Part shown: positions 50,810 to 64,000 of the stretch, piece by piece
Numbering within the stretch: the first letter of the stretch is position 1
How the letters are laid out: every line of letters starts with the position of its first letter
Assembly (NCBI GenBank): GCA_016748015.1
Contig: JAAOMT010000479.1
Span: 120,332-184,331 of the forward strand
Length of the DNA stretch: 64,000 bases
Reading direction: 5' to 3'
Origin: Geosiphon pyriformis uo1
Taxonomy: Eukaryota; Fungi; Glomeromycota
Translations under genes and position numbers: made by a program
Notes under the pieces: model-generated
Databases searched by the model: none
What the model saw: only the letters and a program-made list of their open reading frames with translations
What the model was told of the DNA's origin: nothing

Positions 50810-51900
50810 TTGGTTTTAAATTTTATGAAATCTTATTTGGTTTAATAAATATTTTTTATGTTTTTAATAGTAGTATATTAGATATTGTTATTAATTTAAT
50901 ATAATATAGTTTTAGTTAATTACTATGTTTTATTTTTAATCATTTTTTAATATAAAATAACCTATTTTATTTTGGATCAAATTTTCTATTCTATTATTTT
51001 TTTGCTTTGATATAATATAATAATACTTTGTTTTTAATTTTGAATTTAATTAGTTTATTTAAAAATTAACTATTATGTTTTTTTTTGGTTTTTTTTTATA
51101 ATGCTTTAATGTTGTTAACTGCTTTTTTTGGTTTTTTAATGTTTTTATTAAGTTATATATTTTTTTTAATAGTGTTTTTTAAAATATGGCTTTTGTTATT
51201 AATTTAATTAAATATATTATTGGTTTTATTTTTATTAATAATATTAATATTTTATTATATACTAATTTAAATAATAGTATTTAAATTATATTTGTTTTAT
51301 TATTTAATAAGTAAATAATATTAATAATATAAACAAATTTTATTTTTTGATTGTTTTGACTAATTTTGGTTAATATTTTACACAATTTTTTATTAAACTT
51401 TTTAATTAAGCTATTTATTTGTAAATAATATAATAATAATAATAATTTTTTTATTTCAAATTTTGATTTAATTTAGCCAATATTTTGTTTACCAAATGAG
51501 CTTTTTGATTAAATAACAATTTTTTTAAACATCTATATTAACATATTAAGTTTTAATAAACAAATTTGATTTTTAGTTTAACATAAATTTTTTGAATTAT
51601 TTTGGTTTTTAGTCATTTTGTAAGTAGTTTTTTTAATTAATTTTATACTTATTTTTGTGTTTTTTATTAGACAATTTTTAATATTATGATTTCAATATTT
51701 TTTTTAATCAATTAATAAACAAAAAACAAAATTAAAAAAAATAAAATAATAAGAAATATAAATTAATATTTTATTAATAATTATAATTAAAAACTATTGT
51801 TTTAATATTGTTAATATAATAGTATTAATATTATTAACATTAATTTACAAGTAAATAGTATTTAATAAGATAAATATAAATTTATAAAAGTTTAAATATT
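50810..51900 (-). mobile_element. Hyper-decayed family-1 Gypsy relic G (integrase C-terminal half plus LTR remnant); host of the LINE; its ORF3 start lies at ~23093-23175
   Basis: 50960-51560 aligns to the integrase of B/C/D with most C/G converted to T/A; 51760-51810 is an AT-converted copy of the LTR hairpin module. Confidence 0.75.
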
Positions 51901-54900
51901 AAATATTTTAAAAACAATAATTTATTAAATAAATATTACTTTACGTGTTAAATTTTTAACTATTAAAGTTACTTAGATAAATTTTTATTTAACTTTTTTC
52001 AGTTATTATTATATGTTCTGATAATTTATGTTATATTATTAACTAATTATAATATTTTTTATCTATTATTTTTTTGCTTTATTCTATAAATAACAATATT
52101 TAAGAATTTAATATTAAATATAATACTTATACAAAATATTAATTTTTAAATAATAAAATTTAAAATCTTTTAAGTCTTAAAAATTATAACAGCAAAACAT
52201 TAACAATAATAAAAAATAAAAAAATAAAATATAAACTATTAACTTAAAAAATTAAATTATTAATTTTAAAATTTTTTTTAAAGTAATAAATTTATTTTGG
52301 TTTATTAAAAAAAATTCTAATATTGCTTTTTTTTACTAATACAAACTAGTAAACAAAAGCAATAATAACAGAAAAAAGGTTTTTAAAATAAATAATAATA
52401 TATTATTATAAATTAGTAAACTGTAATTTAACAAAAAAAAATTATTAAAAACACCAAGAACATTTTAAAATTTTCAGTAAATATATTAAAAAAAATATTA
52501 TAAAATATAACAGAAAAAAAACCAAAGATTATAAAAGATTTACAATTTTAAAATAATTAAAAAAAAATTACTAATAACAATTTTAATAACTATATTCAAA
52601 AAATTTTAAAATACAAAATTTACATAAAAAACTTAATATTGTCTTTTAATACAGATTTAAATCTAATAATATTAGACAGTAATTAAATAAAAACTAATTT
52701 AATCTTAAATATAAAATCAAATATTAGAATAAAAGTTCTTTATTAAAAAATTTTTAACAACTAAAAATAGTTTTTTATGTATTACTAAAAACAATACCAA
52801 AAGACAAAAAAATTGTTTTGGTTTCTATTTAATTAATATAATCTTTAAGATTAAATAACTTAATAATCTAATTAATTAAAAATATATTCAAAAATGTGTT
52901 TTGTTTAGCTTTTAATATTAATAAAAATTTGTTAAAAAACACTATTTTTGACAATACAACTATTTATATTAAAAAAAAGATTAATTACTATAATAAGAAT
53001 TTTATTTAAAATTTTATTTAAAATTACAAAAAAATTTGATACAATAATACTAAATAAGAATAATTATTATTGATTTTTAAAGTTTTTGGTTTTTTTTTAT
53101 TTTTCTAATGTAATAATAATAATAATATAAAAAGCAAAAAAGATCAATTTATTGAATAATTTATTATTAAAAACTTTAAAACTTTTAAAAAAAACAAAAA
53201 AAAACTAAAACTAACTTTAATATGTTTCTTAAAAAAAAACTTTAACTAAAAAAACTATTAATTAAAGATAAAAAATTGTTTTAAAAGCCACTAAAAACAG
53301 CTTTATATTATTATAAATAAAATTTTTATTTTTTAGTTTTATTTATTTACTTAGTTATATTAATTGTATGTATTAACTATTAATATTATTATATAATTAC
53401 TTTATTTTTAAAAATAATTATTAATATAACTATTAATAATATCAATGTTTTAATTATTAACTTAATTATTAATAATATCAATGTTTTAATTATTAACTTA
53501 ATTATTAATTTAATCATTAATTAAATTATTATGTAATTATTAACTTAATTATTGATTTAGTTATTAACTTAATTATTAATCAAATTATTATGTAATTACT
53601 GACTTAATTATTGATTTTTTTTAAAAGTATATAAGCAAAAGCTTCCAAAACTATAAAATTACATTTATACTTAAATTAATTAACAATATTAACTCTTTTT
53701 ATTTTTTTTACAATTTTTTTATTTTTTTCTTAATTTGTATAATTATTGGTTTTTGTAAAATATATTAAATAAATGTTTATTGAAAAATACAATTAATATT
53801 TGATATTAATTATAAAAGTACTAATATAAGATATAAAATTATATTAGTGTGTTATTTTTTATCTTCTGATTTTTTTGTTATCTTTTAGAAAAAATAGTGA
53901 TTAAAATATTTAACTGTAATAATATTATTAATACTTAAAAAAAATATTTTCAAAATGTTTTGTTTAACTGCTTTTATAACAAAAAGTATTTTTTTGTTAA
54001 AATTTTATTAATTACTAGAAAAAAAATAATATTTAAAACATTTTTACTTTTTGTTTTAATTATAATTATAAAAATTGAAAAAAAAAGTTAATTTTTTTTA
54101 ATAACCTATTTTTGGCTTTTTATTATTACAGATTAAAAAAATATACTAAAAAATAGCAAAAAATAAATATTATATAATAGAAATTTAATTTACTTAATAA
54201 GTTAATTTTATAAATATTTAATTGTTATTCTTTTTAAAAGATAATAAAAAAAATTAAAAGTTTAAAAATAATTTATATTGTTAATAAAGATAACATAATT
54301 GTTATAATTATATGTTTTATTTTAATGTTTTTATAATTTAATAACAGATATTATTATACTTTTTAATTAACATTTATTTAATATATTTTACAAAAGCTAA
54401 CAATATATAAATCAAAAAATAATAACAATTAAAAATATAAATAAATTAAAATTTTTGTATTAATTTTGTAATTAATTTATAAATTCAAGTAAAAATGTTT
54501 TTTTATAGTTTTAAAAGACTTGTTGTTATATTTTTAAAAAGAAATTAATGATTAAATTAATAATTAAATAAATAATTTAATTATTAATTAAGTTAATAGT
54601 TAAGTTATTAATTAAGTTAATATTATATTAAAAATTAATTCTAAAAATAAAAATAATATTAGTAGTTAATATATGTAATTAAAAATAATTAGAAAATTTA
54701 ATAAACTAAAAACTAAAAAATTAAAAGATAATAATATAATTATTAATTTGATTAAAAACTTAATTATTAACTTAATTAACTATTATTTTTAATAAATATG
54801 TAAAAAAGTATTTATTTATTAAATTAATTTTTTTAATACTATAATTTAAATTCTTTTTTATCTTTTTTAATTACAACTTTTTCCTTTTTTTTCTCTTAAT

Positions 54901-55020
54901 TTACATATTAGATTTTAAAAATATTATTGAAAAAAAAATTATCAAAAAAGTATAAATAATATTTGTCATTAAATTTTAAAATACCAATTGAAAACATAAA
55001 ATTATATATTACTATATTAT
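51900..55020. other. Extremely AT-rich relic DNA with TAATTATTAACT-type tandem repeats and internal direct/inverted duplications
   Basis: Tandem units 53420-53615; 53320-53420 inverted at ~54600-54725; 53620-53860 resembles 54785-55020. Confidence 0.5.
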
Positions 55021-56878
55021 TCTTTAACAGTATTAAATTGGGTGGCTGATTACGTGTGGTTAAGCATGAGCCATACTTATTTTTTTAGCTTTTAATTTTG
55101 CCGAAATTGTAAGGTCACGCTTGTTATTGCATAATAAAAAAAAAGTATAAATTATTTATATTTAGATTTTTTTGAAAAAATTAATAATAAAGATTTTATA
55201 AGATTGATTTCACATTATTTTATTACTTTACAATATTTGTTTTCTTTTTTTATTTATTAGCTTGTTACTCTAATCTGTAATAATATTATATTTATATTGT
55301 ATAAAATACATAATAGTTAGATTATATCTTATTTTAATAATCAAATTAATTTAATATTTCAAGTTTATTTTTATTAATAAAATAGAATTAAAGATAAATT
55401 TTGTGTTTGAAAATTTGAATAATATACATATTAACTAAATTAAATTTTATTATTTAATAAAACTTAAAGTAACAATTTTATCTGTTATTTTTTAAAATTA
55501 TGTAGTTATTAAATTTATTAATAATAAAACTTTAAATTTTTTTTAAAGAATAAATTTTAATTAAAAAAAAATTTTAATATTTATTTTGTTATAACTCTTG
55601 AATAATTTTAAAACAAATATTAAACATATTATTTTTTCGAATTATTAGTTTTATAATAATATTAATTTGAAAATTTTATTAATATATATAAAAAATAAAA
55701 AGAATAATAATTAATCTTAATGAAATTAAATTAAATTAAAAGTTTTTTGTTAATAGAAAAAAAATAGTTAAAGTTATTAATATATAAAAGATTAAAAATT
55801 TGAATCAAATTTGTCTGGGAAAAATTGTATTTTTGAATTGAAAAACACAAGGTCAATTAGAAAATAACTGGAAATTTTCTTGATGAAAAAATTATTATAT
55901 TTATTATGTAAAAGAATGGTTATAAATGGTTTTCAAACCAAGATGGTTGATAATTATAAAAGTATTTCATCTGAATAGAAATAAATAAACAATGGGTAAA
56001 TTTCATATCCATGTTATGAAACCCATTCATCCAAATTTGCCTAATCTCCTGATTCAAATTAAAATATATATTGACGAGGAAACGATCATTTGGGTCAGGT
56101 ATGAATGAAAAATAAAGATGTAAAGAAGATGTGTAGTAGTAAAGGTTTTTTCGAAGAATTTGTGCGAGTTTCACAAATGTTTAATTCGTCGAATAATTAT
56201 TGTTTATTGTGGGTATGTATCACAGACAAAAGTTTTGGTATGACTAATTTTTTAATAATGACTACTGGAATTGTGTAAAATAAAAGTTTGCTACCCTGAA
56301 ATACCCCGAGACTCAAAAAGAGGCCAAGACAATGAAAATAACAGGAATCAACGTTCTCATTTTATTAAAGTTTAATAATGAGTTTTATTGCAACATTAAT
56401 GTCAGAACGGTTTTATTTTGGCGGCAAATCAAATATAAAGTTCAAACAATAGGTAAAAAGCGTTCAAATGATGAAAGGAACCTCTGTTTTTTGATTTTTT
56501 TTACGTTACCCTAAACCTAAACTTGCCTTTATCTTCTAGATCAATTTACTATTCTGTATTGGTAGAAACCTTCTGCAAGTAATCATTTTATTTCCTAAAT
56601 GATATAAAATTAATAAAATATTAAAGCATAATATTAAATCTTGTCGTGTGATATTAGGATATATTGCACTACCTTGACCATCATAACCCCCTACATGTAT
56701 GTATCGAAGCTGCATATTAATATGATGCACCACGTTAAAACCTGAATTGGATAAAATATTAGCAGGCCAAGTAACAATGCTAAATATCATCCCATGATAA
56801 GAGAAAAATATTAAACCAGCAATGCAATGATTGGTAATATTTTCGGGGGGTAGTTTCCAATTCAAAGTCTCTTAATGA

Positions 56879-56942
<64 letters not shown>
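56879..56942. repeat. (AAT)n microsatellite
   Basis: Direct reading. Confidence 0.97.
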
Positions 56943-58486
56943 GGAATCAAAGCCTTAAGAATGTGATTAGATTTTTTTGAGGAGCTAAAAAGTTCCCATA
57001 GAATAACTGTGGCTTTTGGATTATGTACAACGGATTGAACGGTAAAACTTGATAGATCACCGCCTAGGTATAATAAGATATTTTAAAAATCATTCAAAGA
57101 GAGCGCAGCTTTACATTTGAAATTTTCGAATAACGATATTTTCATTGGATTTTCAAAAAATGAAAATTTTATCAAATTGGTGTATTTGGCATATATCTTT
57201 GAAAAAGGCTAAGAAGTAGTTTGTAATTTTTTAAATTGACTTGGCGACTAGATCGGATATCGAGGAAAGTTGAATATTAATTATTAATTGATCCTTTGAA
57301 AAAAAAATGATCCGACGCTAAACTTTAGAAAAATAATTTTTTTTTCCACACTTTTGCATCCCTTTCAAAAATTTTGGTTATGCCATCATTCCATCATGAA
57401 ATTTGAATTCATTGACCCATTGTTTCGTTTTTCAAGGATACAAATAAAAAGAAATAGTCATTTATCATACAAATCAATTAATTTAAAGAAAATTTTGATA
57501 AGCTTTCATCGAATAAACCAAAGAGATTTGACCGCAATCGATCTGGGTATAATAACGTGGCTTTAAAATTTTTTGATACATAAATAGTTTTTTTGATTAA
57601 TGTATATACAAACGAAAGACGTTTTAATTTGACTTTCGTATTCACCAATTTGAACCAATGACACAGAAAATGACAATCACGTTTCCATATCCGTTTAAAA
57701 TTTCGGATGTCCCGAACAAGTTTTTTTTGGTGATTCTTTTATTTGAGCGCGGAAAAATTTTTATTTGTTTTACACAGCATTTTATCATATAAAGGTAAAA
57801 AAAAAATTCAAAGATCGAAATTCACACAACATCACCATCACCATCACCATCACCATGAACTATTCTTCTCATCCCATTCGAAATGATTGGTGGCTGCGAC
57901 TCAGATCTGCAATAAAACATATCCATCCTAGGTATGATCGAAACTTGATTAGTTTACAAAATATTATTATTATTATCATTATTATTATTTAGACTAGACA
58001 AAAATCTGTTTTTGGAATTTTTATTAGTGTTTGTTCGTTGTTGATCTTTTTTTCATTATATAGATCGTAAAACCTTTTTATCAATTATTCACACATAAAA
58101 AGTAATTTCGATTTTATCATAATCAATCAATAAATCAATCAAATAAATCAAAAGGAGAAAAAAACCTCTCTCTCTCTCAACTTTTTCGGGAAATTTCCTT
58201 TTTACAATTTGAGCAATTATTTCACCGATACTTGTCAATATTAATGATAACCAAGAAAATATGATCTCCCATTGTGTAGATTCACCCATTCAACTCCCCA
58301 TGTACTTTGAAAAATCTTATCATTTATCAAATTCATATAAACAATGATTGATCTTTTTTATATGTTTTTGTGCAAATAGTACAAGAAACACGATCAAGGT
58401 CCCGAGAATTTTATAATTGATCAAAGTTTCTCAATTATAAACAAATAATTTTTTTCTTTGCTGAATATCCTTAATAGAACCATCCA

Positions 58487-58517
58487 TTCAAGTCAAGTCA
58501 AGTCAAGTCAAATCAAA

Positions 58518-58548
<31 letters not shown>

Positions 58549-58562
58549 CAAAACAAAGCAAA
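58487..58562. repeat. (TCAAG)n followed by (AAAAC)n pentanucleotide repeats
   Basis: Direct reading. Confidence 0.9.
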
Positions 58563-59734
58563 ATATCGTCAATATTTATGCTATACTGACGTTTTAGCAA
58601 AAATTAATCGGAACTCCACGAAAAATATTTATTAGTGTACATCTTAAAAAAAAAAAAAAAAACGAATCAAAGGAAATGTGTCTATTTTGAAATATTTAGA
58701 ACAAGGAAACAAAATATTCGGGACATGAATAAGTGGGTCAAGTTTGTTTATCACGGAAAAGAAACATTTTCATCATACCATACAATTCTGTAGACTTTGA
58801 CAGCCAAATTGACCTTTAAGTTTTAAGTTGGCTAATTATTAATAATAATAAAACAATAAAAATTTACCCAAAATTACAAAATTGGGAATTTAAATTAAAA
58901 AAAGAAAAAAGAAAAAAAGACATTAGAAAAATTGTAATAATATTTGTGAGTAATGTGTTGATTAAAATTTATGTAATTAAAAGAAAAAAGGTTAACCTTG
59001 AAAGCGGAATAGCTTGAGAAATTACTTAACTCGGGATCATAGATTATTTAATCAAATTTCTTTCTCTATAATAGACGGAATTTTCAGCATCAATAACGGG
59101 GAATCATTTTAAAAATTGGAAAATAAATTCCTTTCTGAAAAAAGATTAATTCCAAAGATTTTGTTATCCAACAAAAATCATTCACGAACGGTTGAAAGAA
59201 AATGTATCATCATCATTACACCGGGGTTTCACGATCGTGAAAATTGGTTAATATTTCAGGATTTCTTTTTATTGGTTCAATGGATTTTTAAAGATCAAAT
59301 TTATTTATTGTTATATTTGGTCAAAACAAAATGATTGATTATGGAACTTTTCCCTTCGAATTCTTTGTGGACGACAATTGTTAAAAGAAATAGACGGAAG
59401 AAATCTTCAAAATATTTTTTGTAATCATGTAATTTTTATTAAAATGGATATTGTTTCATGAGGGGTAAATTACGGATGGTTAGCAGCTTACAATAAAACG
59501 TTTAGAATTTATTTTAAAGTTTATGATTTTCACTGCACTTGAAAGAAATGTGAGAACATCTTACTTTTGAAAATCTTGTTGAGCTGACTATATTAATAAT
59601 GTAAACATTTCACAAATTATCAACAACAAAAAAAAATGGGCCAAAGTTAGAAATCGTATTGATTCAATCCCATTGTTTAAAACATTGTTCCTATTTATTA
59701 TTTAGCAAATATTTTTCCCATGTTTTTTTTTTGA

Positions 59735-59817
59735 CAACAACAACAACAACTACAACAACTACAACAACTACAACAACTACAACAACAACAGCAACAATAA
59801 CAACAATAACAACAACT
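59735..59817. repeat. (ACA)n-type compound microsatellite
   Basis: Direct reading. Confidence 0.93.
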
Positions 59818-60333
59818 AGGCAAGCAAACATTAAAAAAATAGACAGGATTAAGATTTGAAAATGAACTTAATTAATAACACATACACATGGAAAGATTCC
59901 CAAGAAAAGAAAGAAACTTATGCGGGGTAACAAGGAAATTAGTATTAGGCTTATGTTTGTGATGGAAATCATTAAGATCAACAATCCAACGAAGATCTTA
60001 AATAATTGAGATGCGAAAATTCCCCGAGCCACGAATCATTTGAGAATCATATTATGTCAATATTTATGTTTCAGCAGGTGATAATTTCGAATCAATTTTT
60101 TCTCTGTGATTTGTTCAAGAATTACAAAATGGATATATATTCCCGTTATTCTTTTGGGAAATATTTTCATGATAAATATTTACAATTAAAACTAGTATTC
60201 TTCCGGAAATTAGAGAATTCAGGTGGGCTCGGCAATGAATCTCATTCATTGATTGAGATAAGATTATTTTTTTTTGGGGGGGGGGGGGGAAACTTGAAAT
60301 GTGACTTTATAATAATTTTTTTTTAAATTATCC

Positions 60334-60388
60334 ATTATTATTATTGTTATTGTTATTGTGATTATTATTATTATTATTATTATTATTT
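60334..60388. repeat. (ATT)n imperfect microsatellite
   Basis: Direct reading. Confidence 0.9.
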
Positions 60389-61999
60389 AAATAAGGAGGA
60401 AATCAATCGCATCGTGTCATCATCACTGTTTCATCCGCTATCAAATATTACGAATTCTTTACAATGCGACAGAAACTTCCAAGCGTAAAAAAAATCAAGG
60501 ATCTTATCTTGATCCTTGATTCATTGTCTAGGTCTCCAAAAAAAGATCATATTATTAAACAAAACAATAGATATTTTTTCAAATATTTTAATTAATAATT
60601 TTTTAAAACTTTGAGCCCGAATTGAAAATGGATCCGAAATTGATTTTTGTAAAAGGAATAGGATGTTTTTTTATTTGTATGCGTAGAGGTGGTTATTTGC
60701 TTTTATAAGAGTTGTTTTTCTGCTATAATTTAAATTTTATGGGTAAAAATTTGTTATCAGATTTCCACAGGGCAGTGTTCTAATTATCATTAACACCCCA
60801 ATCTTGTCTTCGAAAAATCGCCATTTATGAAACATTAGCCCGAAAACTTTCAAGGTCATCATCATCATTATCATAATCATCATTATTAAACCTTATAATT
60901 ATTAAAGTTTATTTCCTTCGAAACTCGGGATTTATAAAGATTTTGTCAATCAGAATTTTTTAATATATAATATTATTTCCCCCGCAAACTTTTACCTGGA
61001 AAGGTGTGAGAAAATCTAATATTGTTAATAAAGAAGATTCTTGAAACTTTCGAAAAATAATTTTCATAACCTGAACCAATAAACAAAATACTCATTCAAA
61101 AGTGAAACAAAATTATCTTTTCGATCATTGTCTTTAGGATTAATGAATTTAAGGGGGGGGAGGTGGGGACTAACGAATATTTGATTGGGGAAAATGCGTG
61201 CGTGCGAGAAATTATGTAAAAATTTCCTTTAATTTATTATTGAACTTTTGTTTCTTCCGTATTCTTCCCCATTTAACCAAAAAAGAAAAAATTATTGATA
61301 TTGAACAATACCAATTTATTTGTTATTTGATAATTTGATAATTTGAAAATGGTGGCGCTAACCGATCTTCATAATTGTGGCGGTGGCCATTTGCGGAATT
61401 TTTGACGGTTGATTTTCAGCTTTTAGCCACCAAATTCGAACGCCATGAATGCCACAAATTGTGCGTACATAGCCTTATTTTTTATCTTGATGAGAAAAAT
61501 ACTTGAAATCTATAGTCCGAGTAAATCAAAGATCGCATGCTGAAACTTTTTTTTTATAAAGTTACAGTATAAAAACTAAGAGATGCATGATTGCGAAAAA
61601 AATATCCCAAATTAATGGTCTATGATAAATTTATTTGACCTTTGCAAAAATTCACAAGATTAAATTAACAAAATTTCCTATATATCAATATTTCTGAAAT
61701 TAAACAAAGCTAAATAATTTAAAAACGCTGAATAATTTTGTTTGAAAAATCTTTTAAGGAAATTATTTCATAACATTAAAACCATTTCGAAAAAGAAAAA
61801 TTTAATTTTCAATTTTTAAATAAGGCAATAAATTACTTTTTGAACTTTTTTAACGAACATAAAAATGGGAACATTATCTTTCATGTTTGAACACGCGATA
61901 TCCATGTGGTGGTCATGATTATTAGAATGTGATTGCATACATTTAATAAATCAAATCTAATGGTAAAAAGGTTTCTATTCGAGAATAAAATATAATAAA

Positions 62000-62002
<3 letters not shown>

Positions 62003-62061
<59 letters not shown>
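62003..62061. repeat. (AAT)n microsatellite
   Basis: Direct reading. Confidence 0.97.
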
Positions 62062-63424
62062 GGATAAATTTTGCTTTCACCTAAAACTTTTTTCAAAAGT
62101 CACACTAAAAAGATATCCCCATATAATTATAAAATTTATTTTTAAGGAAGATACTTCTCTAAAATCTTGTTTGATAATTAAAAACCGAGAAAGGATTTAC
62201 ATTACTGGATAATGTTTGAACGTCTCATTAATCAAAAAAAAAAAAAACTGTCAAAATTTCTTGATGTAATTTGATTAAAAATTAATCTTTCTACTCACAG
62301 CATAATGATTGTAAACAAAACGCCAATACCTGCAAACATCTGCACGATTTTTACCTCTGAATTTTATACCATGATTGCACTTGAAAAATTCGTCATTTTA
62401 TGCGGCCTGAACCTCTAAATTTATCTTAAAAATGCACGAACCAGATTCGAGTCATTTGAAACTATAAAAAGTCTTTTTGCGGCTTGGAGTAATGTTAGAC
62501 CACCAGCCCTGGAGCATTTGATTTATTTCTTCCCTTTAATCTTAGACATCATATAGAACTGTATTGGCTTCACTGCAGGTTATTTAATCAAGTTTTTTTA
62601 TACTTTGATTAAATTTCTGATATTTATTATTAATTTTACTTACTAACTATCAAATTGAAACATATAACGTTAATAACGAATTCTGACTTATAATTTGTTT
62701 GTTAAATTACCAGTGAGAAATGCTTACAAATCAAAAATCCCGAGTATTCTAAAGAATAATAATGTTAGACGTTTAAAGACTTTATTTTTGGACTAAAAAT
62801 TGTGTTGTGTCATGAATACATTAGTTGGATCTATTCTTTAAAAGATGCTACTTGACGCTTACACGTCACCAATCAGAGATTGCAGAAGTGACTAAGCGTT
62901 GGTCTATTTACAAAGATATATTTCATAGTCATTATTAGAAAATTTATGAAAAATTTTTTTTTTTGCCTATCCTTGGCAAAATTTTACAGATTTGTTTTTT
63001 ACAAAATTCAATTATGAATTATAAAATATTTGAAATCATGATAAACAAAATATAATTAAACTTAATTAATGCTATATTTAATTTTTTAAATCAAGTTCTT
63101 ATTTTTTGTTGTTTTTATTTTTTAATTATTTTAAAAACCTGAATAAATTGATTATTATTTGAATTTTTGGTTTAAATAAAAAAATAAAAATAATTTTTTT
63201 TTTTAAAATTTAAAAATAATTCTACATATAATATATTTGCTGAGAAAATTTAAAATAAATTTTATTTATAATATTTCATCAGAATAATAAAAAATTATAT
63301 ATAAATTTTTTTTTGATTTGTTATTTATTATTTCATATACTTAAACTTTTTTGTTCAATTTTTGCTTTTTTATTAATTGATATTTTTCCTCTTTTATTGT
63401 TTTCTACTTTGCTAAATTAAAAAT

Positions 63425-63694
63425 CAGGTTTTACCTAATTGTTTACTAATACTGTTTTATTTATAGTTAATGATTATATATTGTAAATAGTATTTATGAA
63501 ATTATAGTTTTTAGAGATTAGATGGCCTTTGTTGACATGATAAAACCACACTTGGGATTGATTAAAAAGAATAAAGTCTAATCATTGCTTTAGTGTAGAA
63601 ATCTTTTGATAATTTAAAATTTTTGCTCATGGTGTAATTTTTAGTGTGTTTGGTGTTATTTATAAGAACTCTCTCAAAAGGAACCAAAAAAAAA
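63425..63694 (+). mobile_element. Possible short decayed LINE 3' fragment
   Basis: CpG-depleted, TG-rich patch encoding EIIVFRD* (compare KGFVFKDW in the LINE ORF2 C-terminus) and ending in an A-run. Confidence 0.3.
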
Positions 63695-63811
63695 TGTCGC
63701 CTTTTATTTCTTGTGTTCACACTGGCCAATCTCAGCTGTGAATAGTAGTTTACACGTGGAGCGCGGTTATTTTGCTGATGGAATAGCCACTGAGGAAGCT
63801 TGTGTGATTCT

Positions 63812-63841
63812 TACTACTACTACTACTACTACTACTACTAT

Positions 63842-63928
<87 letters not shown>
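63812..63928. repeat. (TAC)n microsatellite
   Basis: Direct reading, with one TAT interruption. Confidence 0.97.
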
Positions 63929-63929
<1 letters not shown>

Positions 63930-64000
63930 GGTTCTTGGAGATGTGTGAATAATGGCTTAAACTTGGAAGGTAAATTTAAATGGCAACTAAAGTCTCGAAT

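Noticed and set aside
55920-62096. Short ORFs in the unique region as host genes
   Set aside because: No recognisable domains; several derive from microsatellites (poly-Ile, poly-Thr); no convincing exon chain seen, though small spliced exons cannot be excluded

Overview
AT-rich eukaryotic DNA. My recollection of the repeat proteins points to an early-diverging fungus such as Glomeromycotina/Geosiphon, but this is inference, not a database result. Bases 1 to ~55,000 are a nested transposon graveyard whose insertion history can be reconstructed from LTR ends and target-site duplications (TSDs). It holds four copies (A-D) of a Ty3/Gypsy LTR retrotransposon with the order gag(CCHC)-protease-Cys-rich domain-dUTPase-RT-RNase H-integrase, plus an extra ~235-aa ORF before the 3' LTR. 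It also holds an older sister-family copy (E), two solo LTRs (F, H), a hyper-decayed copy (G), a full-length APE/RT/RNase H LINE split by insertions, and a 1.8-kb TIR DNA transposon with a 5-bp TSD. Every element is pseudogenised mainly by C>T/G>A transitions, and the load increases with nesting age. The LTRs carry conserved stem-loops with palindromic loops. From ~55,900 to 64,000 the DNA retains CpG, looks largely non-repetitive and is rich in microsatellites; I found no host gene there that I can support.
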